Below, in pieces: positions 25,601 to 40,478 of a stretch of DNA of 64,000 nucleotides (positions within the stretch are counted from its first letter, which is position 1; each line of letters opens with the position of its first letter). The translations under genes and the position numbers were made by a program. The notes beneath the pieces were generated by a model. The model saw only the letters and a program-made list of their open reading frames with translations. It was not told where the DNA came from and searched no databases. Location: contig OZ024740.1 in the NCBI GenBank assembly GCA_964016885.1, positions 285,138,001 through 285,202,000 on the forward strand, given 5' to 3'. This stretch comes from Eledone cirrhosa. Lineage: Eukaryota.

Positions 25601-26213
25601 CACACACATATATGTACCTCCACTACCAACAACATCACACATAATACCAGTATTTCTCCAAAACATTAAATAATTTACAAAATTCTGCTACTTTAAAGCT
25701 CATGTGCCTGCAAATATACATAAATGCATTTTTAAACATATGCACACACACTCACACACACACATATGCACACACACACACACACACATATATACATATA
25801 TAAAGAGAGAGAAGGGGGTGAGAGATGCATATACTCAGAATTTAGTTTATAAAGTGTAGCCCATCCCCATATGTGCATGCATACACACAGACACACACAC
25901 ACTCACATGTACATACACAAACATCCACCATCCATAAAAAAATCTGAGCTCCTATAGGTGACAATGAGTCACATGGGCAGGACTTGATATTTAAAGCAGA
26001 CAGACAGACAGACAGATTCAATTACTGTTCCATAGAATAGTAGTTAGAATGGGCAAAATAACACATACTCACTCTCACACATACACACATATACACTCAC
26101 ACACACACACATACACACTCACACACACACACAAACTCACACACACACACACACACACATATATACACACACACACTCACTCTCATACACATACACACTC
26201 ACACACACAAACT

Positions 26214-26253
<40 letters not shown>

Positions 26254-26429
26254 CACACACACACTCACTCTCATACACATACACACTCACACACACACTC
26301 ACACTCAAACACATACACACACACACTCACACACACAAACTCATTCAGTTACCACCAATGTTTTAGTAACTGCTGCACTCCTATCCTTTCTTTTGATTTA
26401 TATTTTTACACAAAATGCATGTGGCTTCC

Positions 26430-26752
<323 letters not shown>

Positions 26753-27199
26753 TATTACTTAGGTGCATGGTTAGAAATATAAGTGAGGGAAGGGGGCAAT
26801 TAACTATAGTGACCCAGTACATGACTGGTACTTTATGTTATCAACCTGAAACTGAATGGCAAAGTTGACCTTAGTGTGTTCCAAATTCAAAAGACTCTAC
26901 AATGTATTTTGTTTAGAGTATTAATGTTAATAATAATTCTTTCTAATATTGGCACAAGGCCAGCAACTTAAATCAACCTCAGTGCATTACTGGTACTTTA
27001 TTTTATCCTCGACAGGATTTGAACTTAGAACATAAAGAGCCATACCTATATGCTGCAAAGCATGTTGTCCTATGCTCTACTGATACTGTCAACCCACTAC
27101 CTTCATATAATAATACTAATTTCTGATTTAGACACAAGGCTAACAATTTTGGGGGAGGAAAAAGTTGATTAAATCGACCCCAATACATTACATTGTGAA

Positions 27200-27450
27200 G
27201 GCGCATGGCTTAGTGGTTAGAGCATTGGGCTTGCAATTGAAAGGTTGTGAGTTCAATTCTCGGACCGGGTGATGTGTTGTTTCCTTGAGCAAGACACTTT
27301 ATTTCACGTTGCTCCAGTTTACTCAGCTGTAGAAATGAGATGATAGGGACTGGGGTTCCTATCATTAAAATCACCCAAGACACCTCCAACGAGATATACC
27401 TTGGAGGAGGCCAGCTAAACCTGCATAGGTGTGAGCTGTCACACACACAG
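27200..27450 (+). mobile_element. CORE-like SINE head with a different 3' body
   Basis: same head and hairpin as 496 up to ~27366, then unrelated sequence. Confidence 0.75.
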
Positions 27451-27857
27451 TACATTACAGATATTTTATTTTATTGACCCTATAAGAATGAAAGGCAAAG
27501 CTAACCTCGGCAGGATTTGTACTCAGAACATAAAGAGCCATAACTTTATGCCACAAAGCTTATTGTCCCATGTTCTACCAATACTGTCAATCCACCAGCT
27601 TCATATAATAATAATTATCAAAGCGTAAAAAAAAAAATAAAACATCAATTCAACACTGAGTGCGTCAATCGGTCACATACCACAAGGGTCATAGGAACTT
27701 TCTGAGGCAAGTCAACACACTTGCAGCATTACTACAGATGATGGCAAGGCTAAGGCGCTAAAACAACCAAGCACCCTCATGGTCAACACTGCAAAGCATG
27801 TCCGACACTCTACTGATACTGCCAATCCCCTGCCTTACAACTACTACTAATACTAAT

Positions 27858-28042
27858 AATTGTTTCTACTTTTGGCACAAGGCCAGCAATTATCCCAATG
27901 TATTACTGGTACTTTATTTTATCGACCCTGTAAGGATGAAAGGCAAAGTTAACCTCAGTGGGATTTGAACTCAGACCATGAAGGGGCGTAACTCTTTGCT
28001 GCAAAGCATGGTGTCCGACCCTCTACCGATACTGCCAATCCA
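27858..28042 (-). mobile_element. Meta-like SINE within a degenerate cluster spanning about 26770-28420
   Basis: reverse complement of the 44566 consensus. Confidence 0.82.
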
Positions 28043-28655
28043 CAATAATGTTTTAATTTAAGGCCAAGACAAGGAATTTTGCAAGGGTAAAATTAATTAA
28101 ATCAAGCACAGTAAATGACTGGTACTTTATTTTATCAACCTCAAAAAAATGAAAGGCAAAGCAGGACATAAATAAATATCATTAATTAAAAAAATGTTTT
28201 GTTTGCTGCTCTAACATTTCTGCTAATAGAGGTTTTTAATTTAGGCACAAGGTCAGCTATTTGGGGAGAAGGAAAATCGATTTAAATGAACACCAGTATT
28301 TGACTCTATATTATCACCTCCAGCAAGATTTGAACTCAGACCATAAAAAGCCTGAACAAATATTGCAAAGCATTTTCCCTGTCGTTCAAATGATTCTGCT
28401 AACCCACCACCCCATTTCTGATAATAATAATAACAATAATAATAATTTATTTAATTTATTCATTTATCTATTTATATACAACCACATTTACAGTGTGAAC
28501 TGGGTGCATTTTGTCATGATACCTACAAGGCCACTGTAAATATTGTTGGCATTAGGAAGGGCATCCAGCTGTAGAAACCAAGCCAGAAAAACACAATCAC
28601 CTCACCTGACTTGTCTCAAATGAGATAACTCATCTAACCCATGCTAATGTAGAAC

Positions 28656-28656
<1 letters not shown>

Positions 28657-28723
<67 letters not shown>

Positions 28724-28791
28724 GAAGAAGAAGAAGAAGAAGAAGAAGAAGAAGAAGAAGAAGAAGAAGAAGAAGAAGAAGAAGAAGAAGA
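28657..28791. repeat. (GAT)n(GAA)n microsatellite grown from an RTE-type tail
   Basis: follows AGGAAGGGCATCCAGCTGTAG...AACCCATGC (28540-28656). Confidence 0.9.
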
Positions 28792-29784
28792 TATTTACTT
28801 TTAGATTAATGATAATAATTATTTCTTTTTTTTTTTACTTAGTAGGTCTGAAGGAAGGGACAGTGCCAATGGCTATCTTAGGCCATCTGAGATTGAGAAG
28901 GCCAATGTTGCTAGTGTTCTACTTAAAATTGAAGCAGGTCCACTCATTTTGGAAAGACATGAGTAAAGTTGGAATTCCAGAGGGACAATATTTTAGACAG
29001 GAAGAAACTGGGTGTAGTGGTTAGTGTGAGGATATGAGGCTGAACACAACCTGGGATAGTAGAGGACATTATAGGGATACATTACAAAATGGTGGAGGTT
29101 TATTGAATAAACCAACAGAAAGTGGGGAAAGAAAAACATAGTCAGTAGCAATAAAAGGTTGTTGATGGTCATGGTTGGAATACTTTTGATTATATGTCAG
29201 CTCAGCCAGAGTTCATTTGGGGCTAAATAACAACAAATAACCTAACTAATCCAAACAAACACACAGACACTCTCTCTCAATAATTGTATTAGTTCCTGCT
29301 TCTGCTCACACACATTATGATGTCTACAACTAGAAAATATAGAAAGCCTCAACATGGTCACACAAGCTGCTAGAAATATCAGCCAAATCTCCTTCAAATT
29401 CCACCCTACTGTCTTAAAAAATGGAAAGAGATATTGAATAATGTAGTCCTAGCTAATATAACAATGCAATCATCATCATCATTGGTGAAGAAAATGAAAT
29501 ATTGCTTTTTAACTGAATCCTACTGCTAACAATCACCAAAACCAAACAGGCATATAAAGGAGTAGGGGCAGATTGAACAGTGACAGTAGCACAGCATACC
29601 CAGGCAGTCACAGTTTCACCCACATAAAAAAAACAGTGTATGCTAGAATGTGTAGTGTGGTTTGCAGCCAGGCATAGACGGTGATTTGCATCAAGAATTT
29701 CAAGAAGCAACATATGTAAGCTTCTAAGTGATCACACAACATGCTAGACTTTAGCAACCAAATCCAACTCCTTTCAAACACACT

Positions 29785-30990
29785 TCTCCTTAATGACATC
29801 CTCATCCACACAGACACATCACTTTGCAATGTGGAACACCTCGTGTCTTTGATCTGTATATTGTAGCATATTAGAAAACTTCTTGCTTTCTGCTTCTCTG
29901 AGTGCTATGTAAACTTGTTGTCTAGCTTTTCATTTAGCTACCTGATATTGTTCTTTGTTGCCTTCAGTTTTCCAATCTTTTCATGCTTGTCTCTTAGCTT
30001 TAATGGTTCTATCTACAGTACTGTTCCACCACCAAATCCCTTTTCCTTTGGTTAATACCTTTGCTCTAGCCACAGGTCTCTTCAATAGACTGAAGCAAGT
30101 TGTCCTTTAAAACTTCCAATTGTCCTCTATGTTAAATGTATCTATTTCCTCCATCCTCATGCTGTATGCATCACCTGCAACTTTTCCAAACCTATATTTA
30201 ATAGAGAGGCTCTTTACCTTCCATATCCTCCTTCTACAAATTGTCCTGTATTTCTGTTTCTGTCTGGTTTTTATTCTGTTGTCACTAATAACTAGTTCAT
30301 GTTGGGTGGTGCATTCTTCTCTGGGAAACGACTTAGTATTCATAACCATCTGTCTACCCCATTTTCATACATGTATGAAGTCAATTTGGCTTGTGTCTGG
30401 TTGATAGGTGATCAAGTGGTTGTCCAGTATCCCAAAGTTAGTGTTGCAAATGGTTAGATAATGGTTAGATCATTTGCATTACTGACTTTTAGGAATCTTG
30501 ATCCCTCTTCATTTCTTGAACAATAACCATAGTGACTGTGCATTCCAGTGATTTTGGGTGCTGCCCATTATGTCCACTAAAGTCACCTGTCAGCATAATG
30601 ATGTCTTTGTCATTTGTTATTGAAGTCATTTGTTATTATGTAAGCTGTATTAAGTCATCATAGAAAGGGTTTTCCTGGTCATAAGTTAGCCTTGATTGAA
30701 CTTGATAATTCTGTCATTTACTCTGTCTACCCCAATTACTTCTGAGCCAGTAAAATGCTTACTCCACCTACCCATTACTATTTCTTACCAAGGAAAACTT
30801 GCATCTAAGTTATTTGCCTGTGAGGAACCTGGCTGATGTACCCCTTCATTTCACCACTTACACACAGCATTTGTCTACTTGTCTCCTCTCAAGCATCACC
30901 ACATTCTACCTTTCAGTGTCCAACATTGAGAGGGGCAATGTTGAATTGGGTTACCTTACAGTAGGGTGGGGAGCCTGTTGGTAGTTAGGT
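29785..30990 (-). pseudogene. highly degenerate RTE AP-endonuclease region
   Basis: NTKSFPREECTTQHELVISD..RRRIWK..DNWKF aligns by eye with the 60292-62496 protein. Confidence 0.75.
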
Positions 30991-31363
30991 CATCTTTGGT
31001 ATTATATCATTGTATGTACGATCACTTGATGAACAAAGAATTCTCACACTCAGCTAGGCTAGCCATCCCACTATAATGTGCAACACTAATATGGTTAGTG
31101 TTTGCTCTGTATATGAAATTATTTTTTAATACCATATGTTGTGATAATCATGGTACTTTAGATGTTTTTCTGGCTGGATGCTCTTCCTATCATCAACCAC
31201 TTTACAGTGTTGACTGGGTGCATTTTATTAAGTCACCAGCACAAGAGAGTTTATATGTCAGGACTTATGAGTCCTCTTTACTCTGTATCAGTTTTAATTG
31301 AAAATAACTGAATTAAACAATACAAATATTTTCATAGCACTGATGGTTGCATTATTTCCTGTT

Positions 31364-31536
31364 TGGCAGTATCGGTAGAGGGTCGGACGCCATGCTTTCC
31401 AGCATAGTTACGTCCCTTTACCATCTGAGTTCAAATCCCGCCGAGGTTGACTTTGCCTTTCATCCTTACGGGGTCGATAAAATAAAGTACCAGTAATGCA
31501 CTGGTAATTGCTGGCCTTGTGCCTAAAGTAGAAACA
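31364..31536 (+). mobile_element. Meta-like SINE with 13-bp TSD
   Basis: ATTATTTCCTGTT at 31351-31363 and 31537-31549. Confidence 0.88.
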
Positions 31537-32040
31537 ATTATTTCCTGTTGTAAACATTTGTTCAATATTTAATGACATAGATATCAGTGAGTAGATAAAT
31601 GGTTGGTAAAATATAGTGTCAGTGAAAGGCACTAGTGCATTGTCTGCTGTAGAGGTGCTGACACTTTGAATTCAAATCTTGCTGTGGCTTACTTATGTTG
31701 TAAACTTAATCTGTAACCTAGCTTTGCATCATCACCCAGCCTTTAATGGGATCCACTATGTTGCAAGCATTTGGGCCAGGTCTCCAGTTTGAAGATAGCT
31801 TCCTCCCTCTCCCCAGTCTTGATGACCCTGGAAATTATCATGGGCACTGACTTTCCCTTTCTGACTACCCAGTAAAAAAAATTTTTTTTAATTATTATTT
31901 TCTCTTGACTTTAGAACTTTTTCCAGGTTCCAGCTTTCTAAAAGTTCTCTAACCACTCCTGCCAGCTACTTAAATATTACAGAATATATTCTGACACACC
32001 AGACTGTCATAAACAACTAAATATGCTCAAATACTCTCAA

Positions 32041-32640
32041 TATGAGGTGGTATAAAAAAACTTCCGAACTAGTTCTGTAGCACGCCGACAGATAGCAACA
32101 TACAGTTGCATGCGCAGTGAGAGGTAGCAGTGACCTTCATGCACCAGTGTACTGAGTGACATCACTGTGTTCACTTCATTAGTTGTGAACATTGTTTTTT
32201 TTTGTGATCACATGTATCCTTTAGCCTGTGATTTTGTCATGAACAGGAAGTTGGAACATCGTGTTAAAGTCTGTCAAGATCTCCGTCAGCATGCTGCTGA
32301 TGACCCATCCTTCATATCGAGGATCATTTCTGGTTACAAGAGTTGGGTGTACAGGTACAACCCTGAAATAAAGCAGTAGTCAACACAGAGGAAAAGCCCT
32401 TTCTCTCCATGACCAAAGAAGGCACGACAGAGCCACAGCTTAGTCAAGAGCATGTTCATCATTTCTTTTGACATCTGCGGTATTGTGCATCAAGAATTCA
32501 TCCCCCAGGGCCAGATCATCAATCGAGAGTTCTATTGCAACATTTGTGTCATTTGAGGAGCACATTTGGTGAAAGCAACTAGATCTGTGGAGTGCAAAGA
32601 ATTGGATTCTTCACGACAACAAAGTACTCTGTCACAAAGC
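32041..32640 (+). mobile_element. deleted mariner fragment
   Basis: TATGAGG.. TIR-like start; IISGYKSWVYRYNPEIKQ (a TGDESWVYGYDPETK-like motif); WILHDN. Confidence 0.7.
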
Positions 32641-32699
32641 ACATAGCATAAATATTTATTTTCTTTTACTACATTCCAATACACTTCTTATTTCTTCAA

Positions 32700-33420
32700 A
32701 GAAAGACTCTGTCTGGAACATCAGAACTCACCTCTCCTTACAGCATACACATCGCACTAGTTTGACTTAATGACCATTCACAATAACATAATTGACTTAA
32801 AGGATGATGTACTAAATGCCATATGCCAAAACAAAATTCTTAATTAACTGAAATTTCTCTTTTAGTTGGAGACATGATCATGGAACGGTTGCTATGGAAT
32901 AATATTATTCTCTGCACTCAATTTTTCAAGATCTTATTAATGCTTCCAATGCCTGCTTTACTTCTCAAGAATGGTAAGCTTTCTTCATGGAGATATAAGA
33001 CAAATACTCTATAGAGGCAACTGTTTACCATCTTTTTCCATTGAAATGGGTATTTAACAAGGTAATGTTTTTGTTCCTACCTTATTTAATCTATACCTTG
33101 CAACTAATGCTGCAATAAATACTAAAATCCCAGCTGGAATTCCTAGCCAGTATGGTTATGACAGGAGTATTTGCATCTTTCAGAGACTCAAAACAATTGG
33201 AAGAACAAGTGTCTATACATCTACTGAACTTCAATATGCTGATGATAACATCATCAGAGAGCACAACCCTGAAAATCTCCAAGCTACATTTGAGGTATTT
33301 GTGAATACTTATGAATGTCTGGATCTAGGAATTAATAAATTAAAATTAAAAACCCCCCAAAAATTGAAGGTCATGGCACAATCTTCATCTGGTGGGAGCA
33401 CAAGCATCAACTAACAAAAG
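32700..33420 (+). pseudogene. degenerate BovB-like RTE reverse transcriptase fragment
   Basis: QGNVFVPTLFNLY near 33060 and LQYADD near 33230. Confidence 0.6.
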
Positions 33421-33689
33421 TAATCAAAAACTTTGTTTCCTTGTTGATAGCTGATGCATCTGGAGAGGTTTCTTTAGGCCCTAAAAAGAGGCTTATATAG
33501 CCATCTTAGAACAAAGAAAAAATTCAATGGATCAAATGCTTGACACAGAGAGATGTCAATAATAAATATTAAAGGAGAAAAACATTTTCAATCTGGTTGA
33601 TCAATATCGTTTTGTAAAATACTCACTGTATTAAAGAGAAATAAGGCCATAAAAATTCTTTTTTCTTTTACTAATGTGAATCATTAGAC

Positions 33690-33963
33690 CAGCATTTCTC
33701 AACTGGTGCTCTCCAGGACCCTAAGGTTCCACTGTGATAAACAGCGATAAATAAACTAATGCATTTTTGAGTAATGTTTGTTTAATTTTATATTCTTTAT
33801 TTTACTATATATGTACGGTATATTGTTGGAAAATCCTTGGTTATAAAGGTTTCAATCTTTTATTAGATATTAATAATGGTATATAATAATTTTATGCAGG
33901 GGTTCCCTGAGACATGAAAACTATTTCAAGGGTTTCACAAGGTAAAAATATTCAGAAATGCTG
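33690..33963. mobile_element. hAT-type MITE
   Basis: TIR CAGCATTTCT / AGAAATGCTG; perfect 8-bp TSD CATTAGAC (33682-33689, 33964-33971). Confidence 0.9.
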
Positions 33964-34384
33964 CATTAGACTGTGGTCCTGCTTGTGACATTGACTTTCA
34001 AGGTAACAGTTGATTGTATCAAGTACTTTGATTGGTAATTATTTTATTGACCCCAGTATTTTGTCTGAACCTGTACCAATTTTGCCATGCACTGAATATC
34101 AATACATACAATTTTATTTTAAAATAGCAAAACATTTTGTAAATTTATACAAATATGCAATAGACATATATATACTTTAAAGGTATATAAATGCATTTGT
34201 ATTTTAGCAAATGTTCAAATTAGAAATTTGAGTTTTAGAATAGGTACACTATATCCCTGCATAAGAGGCAACTGGAAGGCTTCATGTTAGGAAGTATATC
34301 TTGCAGTAAAACAACCGAAAACGTCCCATCCAGCCCATGTCAACATAAAAAAATGGACATAAAAGCGATTATAACATGATATTA

Positions 34385-34781
34385 TAATTGTTTCTACTTT
34401 TGGCACAAGGCCATCAATTATCCCAGTGTATTACTGGTACTTTATTTTATCGACCCCGTAAGGATGAAAGGCAAAGTTAACCTCAGCGGGATTTGAACTC
34501 AGTCCGTAAAGGGACGTAACTGTGCTGCAAAGCATGGCGTCCGACCCTCTACCAATACTGCCAAACGACCTGATATTATAATGACTAGGGCGGTGGATTG
34601 GCAGTATCAGTAGAGGGTCGGACGCCATGCTTTGACGCATAGAGTTACGGCCCTTGCCATTCTGAGTTCAAATCTCGCCAAGGTTAACTTTGCCTTTCAT
34701 CCTTACGGGGTCGATAAAATAAAGTACCAGTAATGTACTGGGTAATTTCTGGCCTTGTGCCAATAGTAGAAACAATTATAA
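34385..34781. mobile_element. head-to-head pair of Meta-like SINEs
   Basis: minus copy 34385-34564, plus copy 34588-34781. Confidence 0.88.
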
Positions 34782-35085
34782 TGACTCTAAGAAACTTAAA
34801 AAAACAAAGAAAACCAACATGCAAACAGAAATAGAGAGAAGCTAGTTTTGTTTGGATATTATTATTGACAACTGGTTCTGTTGATAATGGTTTCAGATCT
34901 AGGCTCAAAGCCAACAATTTTGGGGGAAGGGGAAAGTTGATTAAGTCAACCCCAGTGCATTACCAATACTTTATCTTATCAACCCAGTCAGGACGAATGG
35001 CTAAACTAACCTCAGTGGGATTTGAACTCAGAACATAAAGGGCCATAACTATATGCTGCAAAGCATGTTGTCCAATGTTCTACTA

Positions 35086-35573
35086 CAATGGTTCCGAAAG
35101 TGGGTTCCACAGAACCCAAGGGTTCAGTGATTGCGTGTCTGTGGTGCTGTGAAAAAAGGTAGCGGAGTATATTTATATTACGACCAGTCAACCAACCAAT
35201 CTTGCCTCAAGTGGGACAATTCCCATCTAACACATGCTAGCGTGGAAGATAGATGTTAAACAGTGATGATGATGATGATAATTGTTTCTACTTTAGGCAC
35301 AAGGCCAGCAATTACCCAGTGCATTACTGGTACTTTATTTTATCGACCCCGTAAGAATGAAAGGCAAAGTCAACCTCGGCGGGATTTGAACTCAGATCGT
35401 AAAGGGACGTAACTATGCTGGAAAGCATGGCGTCCGACCCTCTACCGATACTGCCAATCCACCACCCTGATGATGATGATGATGATAATGATAACAATAT
35501 TAGACTTTGGGGTTTCCCCAAAAGTTTCTGAACCAAAAAGGGTTCCACGTTTGAAAAAGTTTGTGAAACCCTG
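35086..35573. mobile_element. hAT-like MITE splitting a SINE and hosting another SINE (35279-35468)
   Basis: CAATGGTTCCGAAA / TTTGTGAAACCCTG ends; the interrupted minus-strand SINE resumes at 35574. Confidence 0.6.
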
Positions 35574-36175
35574 CTCTTCTGATACTGCCAATTCACTGCC
35601 CGGGTGTTGTTAATAATAATAACAATTTGATTGGAAATAATTCAGTTGAATGAGTAAGGTGTCCATACAAAAGATATAATATACAGATCAAATAACTCAA
35701 GTGAAACTTACTACAGTTAAAAGATCTAAAGAACTGAAGCATAGCTTGGGGTTAGATTATGTGATTATATCTTGCCTTCTTAAAATATATTAACACATGA
35801 TCTCTCCCTCTTTCTCTCTCTCTCTCTCTCTCTCCCTCTCTAGTATTCCATGTGACCTCTCTGTCACAAAATAAGCCACTTGTTTGCATAATCATCAAGT
35901 GTCTATAAACAGCAGTTACTTTGTTTCAGAATACCACTTATGATATGTATGTGCAACAGATGTTAGTATCAGTGGTACACTAAAGCATAAAGGACACACT
36001 CACGACCACACACAGACACAGATATACAAAGATACACACACATAGAGACATACACGCGCACACAGACACACACACACGGACACAGACACACAGACACACA
36101 CAGATACATACACACAGACACACACACACACACACAGACAGACACACACATACACGGACACAGACACACACAGAT

Positions 36176-36218
<43 letters not shown>

Positions 36219-36721
36219 GACACAGACACACACATACACACACAAACACAGATGTGCATACTATTGGTATCTCTCTCTTGCTCTCTCTCCCTGTCTCTGC
36301 TCCTCTGTCTATTTGTGTGTGAGTGTGTCTATGTGTGTACAGACACCCATATATGCGTGTGTGTATGTGTGTACCAACACACAACAACAACAACAACAAG
36401 AGTAACCACAAAGTAGTAAAGAGGCTAGTTAAGATTACACTAGTAATCCAACATAGTAATATAAGTCCATGGCTGCTGACTTGAAGTGAACTGTAACAAT
36501 TTAAAAAAAATAAAAATTACCAAGTAGAAGAGATAAAAGTATTGGCAAGCCAAATCCTCATTCCAACAACTTGCAAACATCATGTGTGCATTGCTGGGAA
36601 ACATAATTTAGTCTATGGATGGTATATATATATAGTACAGAATTAGCCGTCGAAACAGCTTGAGCTCAGCCGTTGGGGTCTTACTTACTCCTATATATAT
36701 TTATATATATATTCTATATAT

Positions 36722-37186
<465 letters not shown>

Positions 37187-37220
37187 CTCACTCTCTCTCT
37201 CTATATATATATTTTAATAA

Positions 37221-37581
<361 letters not shown>

Positions 37582-37676
37582 CACTACTCCGGAGTAACCA
37601 AACCAACCTGCGCACTTCGTCGAGTGCTCCAGCCTGCATACTGAGGTGTTGGTATACAACCAACATAAACTCAAAA

Positions 37677-37742
<66 letters not shown>

Positions 37743-37787
37743 GAGAGTAAAACAAAGAATCCTTCAATACATCAAAAGGTTTTATTA

Positions 37788-37825
37788 GCCGACAATGTTT
37801 CGTCCTATTAAGGACTCATCAGGGC
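37788..37825 (-). ncRNA. canonical-core minimal hammerhead
   Basis: GCC-CUGAUGA-GUCC UUAAUA GGAC-GAAA-CAUU-GUC-GGC followed by UAAUAAA. Confidence 0.85.
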
Positions 37826-38624
37826 AATCAAAACAACAAGAAGTAATATCGGCAGATACAAGCCAGAAACTCTGAAGAATATGGAGTGTACATACACTAA
37901 TGTCTTACAAAAATATATGATAATATGATAATAAAAATGAAAATAAAGATAAAAATAATAAAAATATATAATAAGAATAACTAAGGATGTAGATAACATT
38001 AAGAACCATATTACAAATATAGTCCAAAGCAACTAACCTAAATCTAAACAAATTTGGTTATATAGGGCAGGAATTATATATAACACAATATAATACATTA
38101 TAATAATAATATACTTTTACCAACATTAAAATTCCAAATTAAAAATCAAAAGGTACAATATATACATGTATATATGTGCGCACACACACACACACACATA
38201 TATAACAACACACACATCTATGTTCCACTACACATTAGAAGTTTGAATATTAAAAATAAGCATGATAAGAGTGAAAATAATACTAATACATCTACCCAAT
38301 ATACATGAGGCAATAATATGATATAATTACAAGAAACACATATAACAAATAATAAACAACAAAATTATATAATTCAATATAATATAATAAAATAGATAAT
38401 CCCCGGTTAATTTACAGAAACAATATAGATGTCACAATAAAATACAATGATAAAACGTTAACAGTGTACTAACATTTACCATAAACAATATATACAAATT
38501 GATTCATACTGGGTTACAGAATAAATGAGGAAAAATAAATTATATAATACTCAAAAAAACTATAATGGTACAGGGAAAAATTATGATGTTACAGAAAAAA
38601 ATATGATGTTACAGAAAAAAATAT

Positions 38625-38802
38625 ACAGACATCTAACATGATATGTAAAGTCTAAATATCATAATGTTACATATAATGAACAGTAAGTAATAAGGATCAA
38701 TATTACAATATTACAAAAATCCAGACATCTTACATGATATATAAAGTTTAAATATCATAATGTTACATATAATGAACAGTAAGTAATAAGGATCAATATT
38801 AC
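38625..38802. repeat. two copies of a ~96-bp tandem duplication within an AT-rich PLE-like 3' region (37740-39318)
   Basis: CAGACATCT...AAGGATCAATATTACA repeated. Confidence 0.8.
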
Positions 38803-39315
38803 AGTACAATATAATATAATATATTATAAATTGGCATAAAATATATAAATACTTATAATTACAAGGTTAGTAGACAGACATATGTGGATGAGTGAGCGAA
38901 GCCAGACAGTGAATAGTAAATAGAATATAGAATAAAACAAATAAATACAATCAACCGGAAATTACAAAACAAAATCAAATATATACACACTTAGGCCTCG
39001 CGTGCATTTAAGAAATTAGGTAAACACTAAGGAAAGCAATCATTTTAATTGACTCCAAACCCTATTTGATAAATTAATATTAAAAATATCGAACCCGTCC
39101 AATAAGGTAGTATAATATTAGCTGTAGTTTAAGTCATCAAAGTATATAAACTTTAATGTATCGTTACAAATGTTTACAAAAAGGAATGAAAATTTTATAC
39201 TATTTTATACTTTTTTTGGCTCTGTTTAACTGCATTGAGCTATACCTTTTACTGTCATTTCTATAATACGAAGAGGGTGTTTGACTCCAACACGCTCCAG
39301 TATTCTAATCCTAAT

Positions 39316-39371
<56 letters not shown>

Positions 39372-39432
39372 GTGAGGTTTTTTTTTTTTTTACAAAATGA
39401 AAAATAACCGAGGTGTCCTACACGAGTGAAAG

Positions 39433-39726
39433 TATAAAGAAAAAGAGATGAAATCGAAAATGCAACTGGAGTCTTATTTTTTTTTAAAATATATATATTT
39501 ATTTGGTTCCTTTACCGGTTTCGCAGTTCTTCTGCTTTTCAAAAGGTAAGTTGAGATGGAGGGTCTGTGGTTTTTCTCACATCTGATGTGAGAAAAACCA
39601 CAGACCCTCCATCTCAACTCACCTTTTGAAAAGCAGAACTGCGAAACCAGTAAAGGAACCAAATAAATATACATATTTTTTTTTTTAAATAAGACTCCAG
39701 TTGCATTTTCGATTTCATCTCTTTTT

Positions 39727-39733
<7 letters not shown>
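39433..39733. repeat. ~150-bp-arm palindrome with hammerhead-like variant
   Basis: centre at 39584 with a 1-nt spacer; CCUU-UUGAAAA-GCAG/CUGC-GAAA-CC(A/G)G-UA-AAGG in each arm. Confidence 0.88.
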
Positions 39734-39768
<35 letters not shown>

Positions 39769-39807
39769 GATATTAATAAATGGAAACTATATTTATAAAA
39801 CCATATT

Positions 39808-39872
39808 TATTTCATTATACATATTTCAGGGATACCAAATTAAAATATGGTATGCCTTCATCAGACAAAATA
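39808..39872 (-). ncRNA. type I hammerhead motif, family of 9066
   Basis: UAUUUUGU-CUGAUGA-AGGCAUACCA/UGGUAUCCCU-GAAA-UAUGUA-UA-AUGAAAUA. Confidence 0.75.
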
Positions 39873-40096
39873 CAATATATAAACAGTTTTATAAATAATT
39901 TTGACGTACCCTATTAAATGCAACCATTATTTTTGGAAGCTGTCTGGATAGTTTCCATTTATTATAGTTTCCATTTATTAATATCGTATATCTACTCCAA
40001 AAACTTGTCGAGTGCTTTATATCAGTTATAAAATATTTACTTGTTGTATCCCAACAATTTTAAATAGAACTTTTGCATATATATATATATATATAT

Positions 40097-40392
40097 GTAA
40101 AGTTATGTTGGTGCCGCGCCATCCAGGCCGAAACAAATGAGATCGTGTAGGTGTCACGACAAAAAAACACACAGTCCACGCTGTAATGTGGCCGTGTAGG
40201 CAACATGGTAAAAACCTCCCAGACCCACACTGTAAATGTGGTTGGTGTTAGGAAGGGCATCCAACTGTAGAAAACCTGCCAGATAGTCCTATGCGAGCAA
40301 GACAATCACTCTTGCCTCAAGTGGGACTACCCCCGTCCAAACCCATGCAAGCGTGGAACACGGACGTTAAACGTTGATGATGATGATGATGA

Positions 40393-40395
<3 letters not shown>
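40097..40395 (+). mobile_element. RTE family B 3' UTR only
   Basis: single copy of the 112-bp unit, (GAT)n tail, (TA)n on both sides. Confidence 0.9.
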
Positions 40396-40424
<29 letters not shown>

Positions 40425-40478
40425 CAGCGATGAATTAGTTTTGCGAGGTTTTTTATATGAAATCGTGTGTCGAAACAA

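Noticed and set aside
27200-27272. tRNA gene
   Set aside because: A and B boxes are present, but there is no proper acceptor stem and it continues into a SINE body; the same holds for all other heads
28830-29160. Possible L2/CR1-group 3' relic on the minus strand
   Set aside because: Only a LWNS-like word was recognised, which is too weak
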